Positions 1 to 11,083 of a stretch of 64,000 bases of DNA are shown one piece after another. The notes under the pieces are model-generated. The model saw only the letters and a program-made list of their open reading frames with translations. It had not been told where the DNA came from and made no database searches. Within the stretch, counting starts at the first letter, position 1. Every line of letters starts with the position of its first letter. The DNA lies in the NCBI GenBank assembly GCA_021108075.1, contig JAIORP010000158.1:5740-69739 (forward strand), in the 5' to 3' direction. Both the position numbers and the translations under genes were made by a program. Source of the DNA: Candidatus Omnitrophota bacterium. Lineage in GTDB: Bacteria > Omnitrophota > Gorgyraeia > Zapsychrales > Zapsychraceae.

Positions 1-255
1 TCGAATTGAATGAAATTATCAATATTTTGGTTTATGCGATAAATTATTATGCTACTATAATTTCAACCATATTTCCATTAGAATTTAACCTGAAAAACGC
101 ACTTGGGATCGTAACGAGAAGGCAAAAATTATTACACGCGCGAGGCATTGCAATTGCGACGAATTGGACCTTCGTAATAGATCCCAATTGCATTTTCCGG
201 GTTTAACAAGAAACCGACGGAAGCAATCAAACCCTCATAATGAAAAGCCGCGATC

Positions 256-654
256 ATGACGAATAAGGAAACACAAGTTCTCGAGCAAGAATTAGAACAA
301 TTCCAAAAAGAACAACAAAAAATCCGCAATGTCATCGGTGCCATTGGAGGGACCGAAGCCTCCAAAAGAGACAAACAGATCAACCTGTTTTTTGTCGTCC
401 TCCTGTCTCTGCTTTTTGTCCTGGATTTACTGCGTCATTTGCTGCATTTACCGCTCCCGCTGCCACCGCTCTTTTCTTTAGAACTCGGCATCCTCCTGGT
501 TTCGTTGAAAATCATCTGGATGATCCACAAACAGTCCAAAGTCGAACACTTCCAATTCTGGATCCTCAATTCCATTGAATTCCGGATCAACGAATTATCA
601 AATCAATTAAAGCGGGTTGAAAAAAAATTAAAAGAAAACGGATCAAAACCGTAA
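256..654 (+). CDS. hypothetical small protein with an N-terminal coiled-coil and a C-terminal hydrophobic segment
   Basis: 132-aa ORF. A charged, coiled-coil-like N-terminus (EQELEQFQKEQQK) is followed by a hydrophobic stretch (LFFVVLLSLLFVLDLL). No family was recognised. Confidence 0.35.
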   Translation: MTNKETQVLEQELEQFQKEQQKIRNVIGAIGGTEASKRDKQINLFFVVLLSLLFVLDLLRHLLHLPLPLPPLFSLELGILLVSLKIIWMIHKQSKVEHFQFWILNSIEFRINELSNQLKRVEKKLKENGSKP

Positions 655-915
655 GTGCACAAACAATCGGCCGAAATTCTTGCTGTCCTTGTCGATGCGG
701 TGATAAAGCTTTTTTATCTCTTTCTGTTCAAAAAAACGCAGAACGCGTTTCTTCAACTGTCCACTGCCTTTACCTGGAATAATTTCTATCAAACGTATCT
801 TTTTTTGACAGGCCTCTTCGATAACACGCTGCAATTCACGGTCAATGTCCTGACCTTTATTGTAAATATCGTGCAAATCCAATTTAATTTTTGCCATGAC
901 CAAACAACCTTTCAT
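643..915 (-). CDS. Smr domain protein
   Basis: LDLHD..(hairpin)..IEIIPGKGSGQLKKRV matches the Smr/MutS2 C-terminal nuclease domain (LDLHG ... HGKGsG.L). The true start may be the internal M (MAKIKLDLHD) at 897. Confidence 0.65.
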   Translation of the reverse strand: MKGCLVMAKIKLDLHDIYNKGQDIDRELQRVIEEACQKKIRLIEIIPGKGSGQLKKRVLRFFEQKEIKKLYHRIDKDSKNFGRLFVHLRF

Positions 916-1016
916 AAAAACCTGCCGGCAACCTGAAGGGATAAAAAAGATAACTGAAACATGAGGTTTTTCTCCTCTGGGAAAATGAAAAAAACGCCCT
1001 GACTATTGATGACGGC

Positions 1017-2354
1017 TTATAGATGCGCTTTCATGGGTTTGGGTGGATTAATCGGAAGCAGGATGATGAATGTCGTTCCTTTGCCAACTTCACTCTCTAC
1101 ACGAATTTCCCCTTGATGTTCTTGAATGATATTGTGGACAATAGATAAACCCAGCCCTGTTCCATCCCCGGGAGTTTTGGTGGTAAAAAATGGCGTGAAA
1201 ATATTTTTAAGATGTGTTTGCGGTATGCCCTTGCCGGAATCAGAAATCGTGATGATCACATCACTCTCGGTGGCTGTGGTTTCAATAAAGACATCACCAT
1301 AGTCTTCGATGGCTTGCGCGGCATTGACAATGATATTTAAAAAAACCTGGCCGATCCGAGACGGGTAGCCGTGAATGGTCGGCACGTCATTAAATGCCTT
1401 ATGCAATTTGCATTTGTATTTAATTTCATTCCAAACAACTTTTAAGGTCGATTCCAGGGTTTGATTGATGTCAATCGGGACCAATTCATGCTTGTCCATG
1501 CAAGCAAAATTTTTCAGCTCCAGAACAATATCCTTCACGCGCTTCGCCCCTTCTTTTGTTTCTTTGAGGAGATCATCAATATCATTCACAATAAAATCGA
1601 TCTTTTTTTCATTCACCAATTTATCAATTTGAGATAAGACTTCTTGACCCTGCTCAACCTCGCCGTTTTTCATGACATGGCTCAATGAATCATACTGGCT
1701 TAAAATACCGTTTAGAGTGCTGATATATTCATTCAAGGTGTTGAGATTCGTCATAATATATCCCATCGGATTGTTAATCTCATGGACAACACCCGCGGCC
1801 AATTGCCCCAGGCCGGCCATCTTTTCTGACTGGACAAGTTGTTCCTGCGTGCTTTGAAGGTCCTGGTTGAGTTTTTCCAACTCTCCTAATTTTTGACGCA
1901 AATAAATTTCAGCTGTAGCCAAATCCTTGGCCGCTATCTTTAATGACTTTTCAACCTTTTTCCTCTCAATCGCGAAATATATGGATTTACTCAACATCTT
2001 GGCATTGTATTCCCCTTTGACCAAATAATCCTGGGCACCATTCGCGATCGCGTCCATCCCCATCTCATGGTTATATTGGCTGGAAATAATGATGATCGGA
2101 ATATATGGGCACACGTTGCGGAATTTACCCAGTGTTTTTAAGCCCTGGGAGTCCGGCAAGTTCAGATCAAGCAGCAACAGGTCATAATCATTGCCTTCAA
2201 TGCAATTGAAAGCTTCCCGCACAGACCCGACGCACTCAATATGCGGACGGTAAAGCGTTAATTTTGAGACAAGTCCCTCTAATAATTTTAAATCTGTGGG
2301 ATTGTCTTCGACAATGAGGATATGAAACTCTTTAGATGTAAAGCCTTGGGTCAT
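1017..2354 (-). CDS. hybrid response-regulator receiver/histidine kinase (cytoplasmic)
   Basis: N-terminal REC domain ([11 protein letters not shown]...[10 protein letters not shown]), a HisKA H-box ([10 protein letters not shown]) and HATPase_c motifs (GTGLGLSIV). No transmembrane segments. Confidence 0.85.
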   Translation of the reverse strand: MTQGFTSKEFHILIVEDNPTDLKLLEGLVSKLTLYRPHIECVGSVREAFNCIEGNDYDLLLLDLNLPDSQGLKTLGKFRNVCPYIPIIIISSQYNHEMGMDAIANGAQDYLVKGEYNAKMLSKSIYFAIERKKVEKSLKIAAKDLATAEIYLRQKLGELEKLNQDLQSTQEQLVQSEKMAGLGQLAAGVVHEINNPMGYIMTNLNTLNEYISTLNGILSQYDSLSHVMKNGEVEQGQEVLSQIDKLVNEKKIDFIVNDIDDLLKETKEGAKRVKDIVLELKNFACMDKHELVPIDINQTLESTLKVVWNEIKYKCKLHKAFNDVPTIHGYPSRIGQVFLNIIVNAAQAIEDYGDVFIETTATESDVIITISDSGKGIPQTHLKNIFTPFFTTKTPGDGTGLGLSIVHNIIQEHQGEIRVESEVGKGTTFIILLPINPPKPMKAHL

Positions 2355-2532
2355 AATATTTTATTTTATATTGTCCGAGGACATCCTGTTAATTTATCCC
2401 TATCATACTGTATAAATATTTATAAAGATATAAAATAATAAATTAATTCAACCAGCACGACAGCATTGACAATTAACCTATTTTGGACTATCTTATCTCT
2501 TATTATAGATAATATTAATCACTGAAAAGGAC

Positions 2533-5500
2533 ATGATTGTGAACTCAAAGACAGAAGTGATAAAAGGACTGCTCCAAAAAAGAATTCTTGTTATGGACGG
2601 CGCCATGGGGACAATGATCCAATGTCATGATCTCGTTGAAGCGGATTACCGCAACGAACAATTTAAAGATCACTCCACGGATTTAAGAAACAATTCTGAT
2701 GTTTTGAGTTTAACCCAACCGCAGATCATCGAAGACATTCATCGCCAATATCTGAAGGCCGGCGCGGACATCATTGAAACAAACACTTTTGGCGCGACCG
2801 TCATCAGCCAGGCGGATTTTCAACTGGAAAATTTTGTTGACGACATGAATATCAAATCCGCGCAGATCGCGCGCAAGGCGGTGGATGATTTCATGAAACA
2901 AAATCCTCTCAAGCCGCGTTTTGTTGCGGGGTCCATTGGTCCGACCAACAAAATGGCTTCCATGTCGGCTGATGTCACGGATCCCGGACACCGCGCGGTA
3001 ACCTTTGACGGTTTTGTTGAGGCCTATTATCAACAGGTGCACGGACTCGTGGCCGGCGGGGTGGATATTCTTCTTGTCGAAACAATTTTTGACACGCTCA
3101 ATGCCAAAGCCGCTTTATTTGCCGTTCGTAAATATTTAAAAGATAACAATCTTAATCTGCCCGTAATGATTTCCTTTACAATTATCGATAAAACCGGCCG
3201 AACCCTTTCAGGGCAGAATGTCGAGGCCTTTTGGATCTCCGTGGCACACACGAAGCCGCTCTCGGTTGGATTAAACTGTGCCTTAGGAGCCGACGACATG
3301 AGGCCGCATCTTGAAACACTGCATCATATCGTGCCCTGCTATATCAGCTGTTATCCGAACGCCGGCCTGCCTGATGGCTTTGGAAATTTTAAGGAAACGC
3401 CCCGGGAGATGACCGGCATTATCAAAAATTTCGCCCAATCAGGCTTTGTGAATATGGTTGGCGGTTGCTGCGGGACCTCCCCTGAGCATATTAAACTTTT
3501 TGCTGAAGCAGTTGCGGACGTTCCTCCCCGGCCATTAAAAAAACAACCGGTTCAACCGCGTTACAGTGGATTAGAACCTCTGATCATTCGACCCGAATCG
3601 AATTTTATCAATATTGGAGAACGCACCAACGTTGCCGGATCTAAAAAATTTGCGCGTCTCATCAAAGAAGGTGATTATGAATCGGCACTGTCCATCGCCC
3701 GGCAACAGGTCGAAGCCGGCGCGCAAATGATCGATATCAACATGGATGAACCCATGCTGGATGCCAAAGCCGCAATGGTCAAATTCCTGAATCTGATCGC
3801 GGCTGAACCAGAAATCGCGCGCGTGCCCATCATGATTGACTCTTCCCGCTGGGATGTGATTGAGGCCGGGTTGAAATGTGTTCAGGGTAAGGCCGTTGTC
3901 AACTCGATCAGCCTCAAGGAAGGTGAAGAACCTTTCATCGCTCAAGCCCATCAACTTCTTGAATACGGAGCAGCGGTCATTGTCATGGCCTTTGATGAAA
4001 CAGGTCAGGCTGATTCATTGGAACGAAAAGTAAACATCTGCGCGCGAGCCTATAAAATTCTAACGGAAAAAGTGGGGTTCGCCCCTGAAGACATCATCTT
4101 CGACCCCAATATCTTTGCCGTGGCCACCGGCATAGAGGAACATAACAATTATGCGGTTGATTTTATTGAAGCCACACGGCAAATCAAACAAACCCTTCCA
4201 CACGCCTTAATTAGTGGTGGCGTCAGCAATGTTTCTTTTTCTTTCCGGGGTAATAATCCGATCAGAGAAGCCATGCATTCGGCTTTTCTATATCATGCCA
4301 TCAAAGCGGGTATGGACATGGGCATCGTTAATGCCGGGATGGTCGGTGTCTACGATGATATTGAACCAACCCTGTTGAAACGGATTGAAGACGTGCTGTT
4401 CAATAAACATCCCGACGCGACTGAAAACCTCATTGAGTTCGCTCAAACCGTCGACAGCGGCCCGGAAGCCCAAAAACAGCAACTCCAGGCCTGGCGGGGT
4501 AAACCGGTTGAAGAACGGCTCGCGTACGCCCTCATCAAAGGAATTACCGAATATCTTGAAATAGATGTTGCTGAGGCGCTAAAAACGTATAAACCGATTG
4601 AACTCATCGAAGGGCCCCTGATGACCGGGATAAATAAAGTGGGAGAATTGTTCGGCGAGGGAAAAATGTTTCTGCCGCAAGTCGTCAAAAGCGCGCGTGT
4701 CATGAAAAAGACCGTCGCTTTTCTTGAACCGCTTTTAGAAAAGGAAAAACTTTCCGGTAAAGTCCGGTCAGCCGGGAAAATCATCATGGCGACCGTTAAA
4801 GGGGACGTCCATGATATCGGCAAAAACATTGTTAGCGTTGTTCTGGCCTGTAATAACTTTGAGATTATCGACCTCGGGGTAATGGTCCCCTGCGAGAAAA
4901 TTCTTGAGGTTGTGAAGAAAGAAAACGTGGCGATCGTCAGCCTCAGCGGATTAATCACGCCCTCACTAGAACAAATGATCCATGTCGCCCAAGAAATGGA
5001 ACGTCAAGGATTTGAGATCCCTCTTGTCGTCGGCGGGGCAACCACGTCTATCCAACATTTAGCCATTAAAATAGCACCTCAATATCATGGTGCTTCTGTT
5101 CACGTACAAGACGCCTCCCAGAGTGTTGGCGTGTTTAAAAAATTGATCAATCCTGAGACAAAAAAAGCTTACGTGCAGGAACTCAAAGAAAAATATGCGC
5201 GGATCCGTGAAAAACATCTGAAGGAAAGTCAAACGCAACGGTTTTTGTCTTTTGAAAAATCGTATCAGGACCGCTTCAAGATCGACTGGAATGAAAAAGA
5301 AGTCACAAAACCGTCTCTTCTGGGTGTGCGCGCGTTAAAGGATTACGATTTAAATATCATTCGCCAAAAAATCAATTGGAGCTTCTTATTTTTAGCCTGG
5401 GGACTCAAAGGCCATTACCCGCAAATCATTGATGATCCGAAATACGGCGAAGAAGCAAAAAAACTTTACGCGGACGCGCAAGAGGAACTCGACCGGCTCA

Positions 5501-6216
5501 TTGACCGGCAGCTTATTAAAGCTCACGGCGTGATCGGCTTCTTTCCCGCGAATAGTCAGAAAAATGGCATTGAAATATATACCGATGATGACCGTAATGA
5601 AATTCTGGCGGTCTTACCGACTTTACGCCAACAGCAAATAAAAACAAACGGAAAACCCCATACGTCCCTGGCTGACTTTATTGCCCCTAAAGAGACGAAA
5701 ATTAGAGATTATATCGGCGCTTTTGCCGTAACCAACGGCATCGGCATTGAAAAGATCGCCCAACAAGCGAAAAACAACAAAGATGACTACCAGCATATCA
5801 TGCTCAAAACATTAGCCGACCGTATGGCTGAGGCCTTCGCAGAGCATCTGCATGAGTTAACGCGTAAAAAATTCTGGGGGTATCAATCCGACGAGAAGTT
5901 GGGCCTGAAGGATATGTTTCACTGCAAATATAAAGGCATTCGTCCGGCGCCAGGCTACCAGGCCTGCCCGGATCACACGGACAAACTGACCCTGTTCAAC
6001 CTGCTGGAAGCGGAAAAGAACACAGAGATTGTCCTGACAGAATCCATGATGATGAATCCGGCCGCGTCTGTGTGCGGTTGGTATTTCGCGCATCCTCAAT
6101 CGCATTATTTCTCTGTCGGAAAACTGCAAAAAGACCAAATTGAAGATTACGCCAAACAGAAAAAAATGACAGTTGAAAACGTTGAGAAATGGCTCGCTTC
6201 ATTTTTGGGATATTAA
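2533..6216 (+). CDS. metH: cobalamin-dependent methionine synthase (5-methyltetrahydrofolate-homocysteine methyltransferase)
   Basis: 1227 aa. Homocysteine-binding domain ([23 protein letters not shown]), a pterin-binding domain, a B12-binding [10 protein letters not shown] motif and a C-terminal AdoMet reactivation domain. Full-length four-module architecture. Confidence 0.95.
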   Translation: MIVNSKTEVIKGLLQKRILVMDGAMGTMIQCHDLVEADYRNEQFKDHSTDLRNNSDVLSLTQPQIIEDIHRQYLKAGADIIETNTFGATVISQADFQLENFVDDMNIKSAQIARKAVDDFMKQNPLKPRFVAGSIGPTNKMASMSADVTDPGHRAVTFDGFVEAYYQQVHGLVAGGVDILLVETIFDTLNAKAALFAVRKYLKDNNLNLPVMISFTIIDKTGRTLSGQNVEAFWISVAHTKPLSVGLNCALGADDMRPHLETLHHIVPCYISCYPNAGLPDGFGNFKETPREMTGIIKNFAQSGFVNMVGGCCGTSPEHIKLFAEAVADVPPRPLKKQPVQPRYSGLEPLIIRPESNFINIGERTNVAGSKKFARLIKEGDYESALSIARQQVEAGAQMIDINMDEPMLDAKAAMVKFLNLIAAEPEIARVPIMIDSSRWDVIEAGLKCVQGKAVVNSISLKEGEEPFIAQAHQLLEYGAAVIVMAFDETGQADSLERKVNICARAYKILTEKVGFAPEDIIFDPNIFAVATGIEEHNNYAVDFIEATRQIKQTLPHALISGGVSNVSFSFRGNNPIREAMHSAFLYHAIKAGMDMGIVNAGMVGVYDDIEPTLLKRIEDVLFNKHPDATENLIEFAQTVDSGPEAQKQQLQAWRGKPVEERLAYALIKGITEYLEIDVAEALKTYKPIELIEGPLMTGINKVGELFGEGKMFLPQVVKSARVMKKTVAFLEPLLEKEKLSGKVRSAGKIIMATVKGDVHDIGKNIVSVVLACNNFEIIDLGVMVPCEKILEVVKKENVAIVSLSGLITPSLEQMIHVAQEMERQGFEIPLVVGGATTSIQHLAIKIAPQYHGASVHVQDASQSVGVFKKLINPETKKAYVQELKEKYARIREKHLKESQTQRFLSFEKSYQDRFKIDWNEKEVTKPSLLGVRALKDYDLNIIRQKINWSFLFLAWGLKGHYPQIIDDPKYGEEAKKLYADAQEELDRLIDRQLIKAHGVIGFFPANSQKNGIEIYTDDDRNEILAVLPTLRQQQIKTNGKPHTSLADFIAPKETKIRDYIGAFAVTNGIGIEKIAQQAKNNKDDYQHIMLKTLADRMAEAFAEHLHELTRKKFWGYQSDEKLGLKDMFHCKYKGIRPAPGYQACPDHTDKLTLFNLLEAEKNTEIVLTESMMMNPAASVCGWYFAHPQSHYFSVGKLQKDQIEDYAKQKKMTVENVEKWLASFLGY

Positions 6217-6240
6217 AAAATGGGACGGACACGTTCTTCT

Positions 6241-7887
6241 TTATACACTATTCGGGTCTTCGACCTTCTGTAGAATCGGTAGGCGAATAATAACCAGAGT
6301 GCCCTCTCCTATCACACTCTCAATAAAAATATTTCCGTGGTGACTTTGGATGATGCCTTGCGCAATCGAAAGGCCTAAACCCGTATTCTGGTCTTTCAAG
6401 CTGTAAAAAGGGTCAAATAAAAAAGGGAGCTCGTCCTGATGGACACCATAACCCAAATCCTTAATCCGTATTTCAATCTCATTCCCCTCCCTTTTATCGA
6501 TCGCGATTGATATCGTCCCACCCCCCGGCATCGCTTCCCGGGAATTTGTGACCACGTTTAATAACGCCTGACTCAATTGATGCGGATCGGATTCAATGGT
6601 GATCGGCCGGTCATCATCATATTCTTTTAGAATCTGAATATTCAATTCAACGATACTGTTCTTTAAAGTGGTTAAAACGGTGTTCATCAGTTTCATTAAG
6701 TTTGTTTTCTTGATGCCGAACCGGATCGGCTTACTGTAGTCCATCAGGTGTTGCACCAAATCATACATGCGGTTCAACTCCGAATCCAAAACATTTGAAA
6801 ATTTTGTTAAAAAGACCTTATCATCCAGGCGCTGGGGCAAATAAAAGCAGTATCCCTTTAGAACTGTCAGGGGATTCTTCATTTCATGGGCAACACCGCT
6901 TGCCAGGGTGGTAATCATTTTATATTTATCAGTCTGGAAGACGCGATCGCGCAACATTTTATTTTCTTCAATGACATGGTCATAATTCAACATATAAAAA
7001 TGACGCTCAATAAAACCTTGAATGGTATTTTTAAGCGGAAAAAACATAATGGCAATCGTTAACGCAGAGGCCAGGTTGGTCATGATCGATTCCGTTCCAA
7101 TAACGTTCTTGAATAACTTCTCGTTAATGAAAACAATCAAAAAATACAGAACCAACATTACGGTGAACAATGTGGAATACGCCATTGTCTGCTTAACCAC
7201 CTTATCGCGAAACACCAATTGTTTTTTAAAAATCCCGTAGCCCACATAAACCAAACAGGCGAAAATCATAGACGGCCCCAACCACACAAGTTTAAAATAA
7301 TTATATAGCGGCAAAACGACGCCTGTCGTGCCTGCCAGTAAGAATGAAAAAAATAATCCCCCGATAACATACCGCATGGCCTGGCGCTGGGAATCCAAGG
7401 AAAAGCGATAGGATTGAAATAACCGCATAAATCCCCAAAGAAGGTAACAGACAACATAAATATACCAAAAATAATGCCCACTCGCCCAGGCCCATTGCTT
7501 TGTTTGATTTGAAATGTATATCTGCGTAAGCATGTAAGGTGTGCCGTAATACAAATAAGCTAAAATACCGGTAGGAATAAACACCGCCCATCTTAACCAT
7601 AGCGGAAGTTTCCATTCTTCTTGCGGATAAACAAACGAGAAAAGCAAAATTAATGTCACGATGAGACTTCCGGCAACATACTTCGCTCTAAGCCAGAATA
7701 ACGATGATATGTTCGTCGTCGAGACATAAAACATTCCCAGGCTGACCGCCCACAAAACAACACTTATTAAGAACTGGTTAAACAACTTGCCGGAGGGTTT
7801 CTTCTCACCCTTTGCGTGCACGACACCGCATAAAATAAGATAAATGCCGACCGTAAAAAACAATGTGATTGATTGATAGTTCATCAT
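6241..7887 (-). CDS. membrane sensor histidine kinase
   Basis: About 8 N-terminal TM helices, then a HisKA H-box (GVAHEMKNPLTV) and HATPase_c motifs (GGGTISIAI, GLGLSIAQGII). Confidence 0.85.
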   Translation of the reverse strand: MMNYQSITLFFTVGIYLILCGVVHAKGEKKPSGKLFNQFLISVVLWAVSLGMFYVSTTNISSLFWLRAKYVAGSLIVTLILLFSFVYPQEEWKLPLWLRWAVFIPTGILAYLYYGTPYMLTQIYISNQTKQWAWASGHYFWYIYVVCYLLWGFMRLFQSYRFSLDSQRQAMRYVIGGLFFSFLLAGTTGVVLPLYNYFKLVWLGPSMIFACLVYVGYGIFKKQLVFRDKVVKQTMAYSTLFTVMLVLYFLIVFINEKLFKNVIGTESIMTNLASALTIAIMFFPLKNTIQGFIERHFYMLNYDHVIEENKMLRDRVFQTDKYKMITTLASGVAHEMKNPLTVLKGYCFYLPQRLDDKVFLTKFSNVLDSELNRMYDLVQHLMDYSKPIRFGIKKTNLMKLMNTVLTTLKNSIVELNIQILKEYDDDRPITIESDPHQLSQALLNVVTNSREAMPGGGTISIAIDKREGNEIEIRIKDLGYGVHQDELPFLFDPFYSLKDQNTGLGLSIAQGIIQSHHGNIFIESVIGEGTLVIIRLPILQKVEDPNSV

Positions 7888-7984
7888 TAGGACATAACAA
7901 TGTCTTTCAGGTTAATAAAATTTTCTGGCAATTCTTTTTATAAATATTAGTATAGTATAAAAAAGTCTTCAGCTAAATCATTTT

Positions 7985-8692
7985 TCAATTTTTTCGTGGT
8001 TCTTCGATTGAAGAATCTGTGATGTCATATTTCTTTCGTAGATGCTGCATGTCTGCTTCAGAATAGTTGTCCATTTGCTCATCAGCATAAACCGGATCAA
8101 TGACACTTAGACGGGGAACAAAGCGTTGAAGATGATATTGAGTGGCACCTTTTATGAGAGCTGACATCTCTTGAATATCATTTTCTTTGAGTAAATCTTT
8201 AGGAACCGTACTGCGGAATTCATAGGGGACGTGCCGCTCTAACAGCAACCGGATGCTGTGCTTAATCAACTCTTCTTGATGGGGAATACCGGTAACCTGG
8301 TGATATTTGCTTAATGGCGCCTTGATATCCATCGAAATATAATCCACGAGACCTGAATGTATGATATCAGAGATGACCTCCGGATGGGTTCCGTTCGTAT
8401 CAAGTTTGATCGCATAATCCAGGTCTTTGACCTTCTGCAAAAAGGGCTTTAAATCTTGATGAACCGTCGGTTCCCCTCCGCTGATAACAACACCGTTCAG
8501 TTGCCCCTGCCTTTTTTTTAAGAAGTCAAAAATCGTTCGCAGTGGTATGGGAGGCTGATATTTTTCTGGAAGAACCAATTCGGCATTATGACAATACGGA
8601 CAACGCAGGTTGCAGCCCTGTGTAAAGACAACCGCGGCCAATTTGCCGGGAAAATCAATGATTGAAAATTTTAATAATCCACCTATTTTCAT
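7985..8692 (-). CDS. nrdG: anaerobic ribonucleoside-triphosphate reductase activating protein (radical SAM)
   Basis: FTQGCNLRCPYCHN cluster motif and the typical NrdG N-terminus (LKFSIIDFPGKLAAVVF). Lies directly downstream of nrdD. Confidence 0.9.
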   Translation of the reverse strand: MKIGGLLKFSIIDFPGKLAAVVFTQGCNLRCPYCHNAELVLPEKYQPPIPLRTIFDFLKKRQGQLNGVVISGGEPTVHQDLKPFLQKVKDLDYAIKLDTNGTHPEVISDIIHSGLVDYISMDIKAPLSKYHQVTGIPHQEELIKHSIRLLLERHVPYEFRSTVPKDLLKENDIQEMSALIKGATQYHLQRFVPRLSVIDPVYADEQMDNYSEADMQHLRKKYDITDSSIEEPRKN

Positions 8693-8700
8693 GATATATA

Positions 8701-8755
8701 AAAAGTAGGGACGGATGGTACTTTTTTTAAAAAAGTACCATCCGTCCCTACTTTT
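8701..8755. terminator. perfect ~25-bp inverted repeat (stem-loop) between nrdD stop and nrdG start
   Basis: aaaagtagggacggatggtacttttt / aaaaagtaccatccgtccctactttt. A palindromic hairpin flanked by T/A runs, symmetric on both strands. Confidence 0.5.
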
Positions 8756-8770
8756 TATTCCTTTTATCTT

Positions 8771-10915
8771 TTAAGCAACTTTACTGATACCTGACTCTAT
8801 TAAACAATAGGTCTTCCTATCAGCAAACTCGGCCTGTTTACCTTTATTCCACTGTTGGACCGGCCTTAAATAACCGACCACGCGCGAATAAACTTCACAC
8901 TGGCTTTCACATTGCGAACAATATTGATGTTCGCCCGCAATATAGCCGCAGTTCGGACAAATGCTGAATGTCGGCGTTATGGTGAAATACGGCAAATGAT
9001 ACCGCTCACAAACGACCCTGATCAATGACTTCAGACCTTCGACATTATCGATCTTCTCACCGACAAAACCATGCAGCACTGTTCCGCCGGTATAACGTGT
9101 CTGCAGATCATCCTGATGATCAAAAACTTCAAAGATATCCTGCGAATAATCCACCGGCAAGTGCGTCGAATTGGTATAAAAAGGCTCGTGACCTTGTTGG
9201 TACTTTTTTTCATTCGCACAAATAATACCTGGAAACATCTCCTTATCCACTTTAGCCATGCGGTATGAACAACCTTCGGCTGGTGTCGCTTCAAGATTGT
9301 AGATATTGTCGGACTCTTCCTGGAACCCTATTAATTTATCGCGCATAAAGTCCAAGACTCTTTTTGCGAGTTCATGACCGCGCGGATCGGCGATATCCAC
9401 ACCCAGTAAATTGAGACACGCCTCATTCATCCCTAACAGGCCAATGGTTCCGAAATGATTTTTCCAGTATTCGCCAAAACGCTCTTTCATATGACGCAGA
9501 AAAAACTTCATATACGGATAAAGATTATCATCCGTGAATTTTTCTAATACTTTACGCTTAATATCCAGGCTTTCTCTGGCTAACAACATCTTCTCTTCAA
9601 TCCTCTTTAAAAAATCGGATTCATCAGCCGAAAGATACGCTAAACGGGGCATATTCATCGTGACAACCCCGATCGAACCTGTTAATGGTGTCGCCCCAAA
9701 CAATCCGCCGCCGCGCTTGCGTAACTCGCGATTATCCAAACGCAGACGACAGCACATGCTGCGGGCATCCTCAGGCTCCATATCAGAATTGACAAAATTC
9801 GAGAAGTAAGGAATGCCATATTTGGCGGTGATATCCCATAACATCTTAAGATTCGGATTATCCCAATCAAAATCTTTCGTAATGTTATACGTCGGGATCG
9901 GAAACGTAAAAACACGACCCTTAGCATCGCCCTCGACCATGACCGCAAGAAAAGCCTTGTTCAGCACATCCATCTCGAGCTGGAATTCCTTGTAGGTCTC
10001 TGGCTGGATTCTCCCGCCGATGACAATCCCTTCATCAGCTAAATAGGCCGGAGGATGCAAATCCATGGTAATATTTGTAAACGGGGTTTGAAAACCAACG
10101 CGTGTTGGCACATTCACATTAAAAACAAACTCCTGCAATGCTTGTTTGACTTCAAGATAAGTCAGATTATCGAAGCGAATAAACGGAGCTAATAACGTAT
10201 CAAAATTGGAAAACGCTTGAGCACCGGCGGCTTCTCCTTGAAGGGTATAAAAGAAATTGACGATCTGACCGAGGGCACTACGCAAATGCTTGGCCGGTTT
10301 TGATTCCATCTTACCGGAAGCACCTGTAAAACCACATATCAGGAGATCTTTAAGATCCCAGCCGACACAATAAACGCTGATCAAACCTAAATCATGGATA
10401 TGAAAATCGCCATAAGTATGCGATTTTTTGATTTCGGCAGGATAGATTTTATTCAGCCAGTAGACTTTGCTGATTTCTGAAGAAACATACTGATTTAACC
10501 CCTGCAATGAAAATGCCATATTGCTATTTTCATTAACCTTCCAGTCAATCCGCGTCAGATATTGATCCACCAGTTCAACATTACTTTTAGAGGTTATTTC
10601 TCTTATTTTGGAATGTTGATCACGGTAAAGAATATATGCTTTGGCGGTCTTCTTATAAGGCGAGGTTATGAGGATATCTTCGACGATATCTTGAATTTCT
10701 TCAACCGTTGGCGCACGGTCATTAAAAACTTGCTGCGCAATATTCACAGCGCGAAACATAAGTTTTTGAGCGATATTATCCGAAAATTCACCCGTTGCTT
10801 CTCCAGCCAGTTGAATGGCCCGGGTAATTTTTTGCGGAATAAATTCTTCCTCCAGATTATTACGTTTAACAATTTTGTTAAGCATACCGCTTCTGCCCAT
10901 AAAACCTCCCCTCAT
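8771..10915 (-). CDS. nrdD: anaerobic ribonucleoside-triphosphate reductase (class III, glycyl radical)
   Basis: 714 aa. N-terminal ATP-cone, CCRLRLD active-site region, C-terminal Zn ribbon (CPNCGY...CSQCES) and the glycyl-radical motif RVVGYLRPV. Confidence 0.93.
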   Translation of the reverse strand: MRGGFMGRSGMLNKIVKRNNLEEEFIPQKITRAIQLAGEATGEFSDNIAQKLMFRAVNIAQQVFNDRAPTVEEIQDIVEDILITSPYKKTAKAYILYRDQHSKIREITSKSNVELVDQYLTRIDWKVNENSNMAFSLQGLNQYVSSEISKVYWLNKIYPAEIKKSHTYGDFHIHDLGLISVYCVGWDLKDLLICGFTGASGKMESKPAKHLRSALGQIVNFFYTLQGEAAGAQAFSNFDTLLAPFIRFDNLTYLEVKQALQEFVFNVNVPTRVGFQTPFTNITMDLHPPAYLADEGIVIGGRIQPETYKEFQLEMDVLNKAFLAVMVEGDAKGRVFTFPIPTYNITKDFDWDNPNLKMLWDITAKYGIPYFSNFVNSDMEPEDARSMCCRLRLDNRELRKRGGGLFGATPLTGSIGVVTMNMPRLAYLSADESDFLKRIEEKMLLARESLDIKRKVLEKFTDDNLYPYMKFFLRHMKERFGEYWKNHFGTIGLLGMNEACLNLLGVDIADPRGHELAKRVLDFMRDKLIGFQEESDNIYNLEATPAEGCSYRMAKVDKEMFPGIICANEKKYQQGHEPFYTNSTHLPVDYSQDIFEVFDHQDDLQTRYTGGTVLHGFVGEKIDNVEGLKSLIRVVCERYHLPYFTITPTFSICPNCGYIAGEHQYCSQCESQCEVYSRVVGYLRPVQQWNKGKQAEFADRKTYCLIESGISKVA

Positions 10916-11004
10916 CAGTAATTTTTGTGGTTTATATTAGTTTTGATACCCCAAAAACCCGGCAAACTTCATTCAGTTCGTTTTGTTCTTGCTCCTATTA
11001 TAAG

Positions 11005-11050
11005 CACAATATATGGTATGTCAACATCTTTTTAACACAATATATTGTGC
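11005..11050. promoter_or_regulatory. two NrdR-box-like palindromes upstream of nrdD
   Basis: acacaatatattgtgc (11035-11050) is a near-perfect 16-bp match to the NrdR box consensus acaCwAtATaTwGtgt. A weaker box, cacaatatatggtatg (11005-11020), lies about 30 bp away. This is the typical tandem-box spacing. Confidence 0.5.
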
Positions 11051-11083
11051 TTTTTTTAAAAATTTTTTACAAAAAATAAAAAT

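Noticed and set aside
6-206. 66-aa plus ORF at the window start
   Set aside because: Hydrophobic, low-complexity translation in a region better explained by the inverted-repeat structure at 105-185. No RBS.
2355-2532. Possible riboswitch upstream of metH
   Set aside because: The leader is short and AT-rich with a plausible sigma-70 promoter (TTGACA-N17-TATCTT at about 2466-2494). There is no conserved SAM or B12 riboswitch core and no room for one.
2710-6232. Minus-strand ORFs (110, 89, 127, 64, 171, 93 and 78 aa) inside metH
   Set aside because: They lie wholly antisense within a high-confidence 1227-aa conserved gene and have low-complexity, Arg/Ser-rich translations typical of spurious antisense ORFs.
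9025-10921. Several 60-119-aa ORFs on both strands inside nrdD
   Set aside because: They are embedded in a conserved 714-aa gene and have basic, low-complexity translations.
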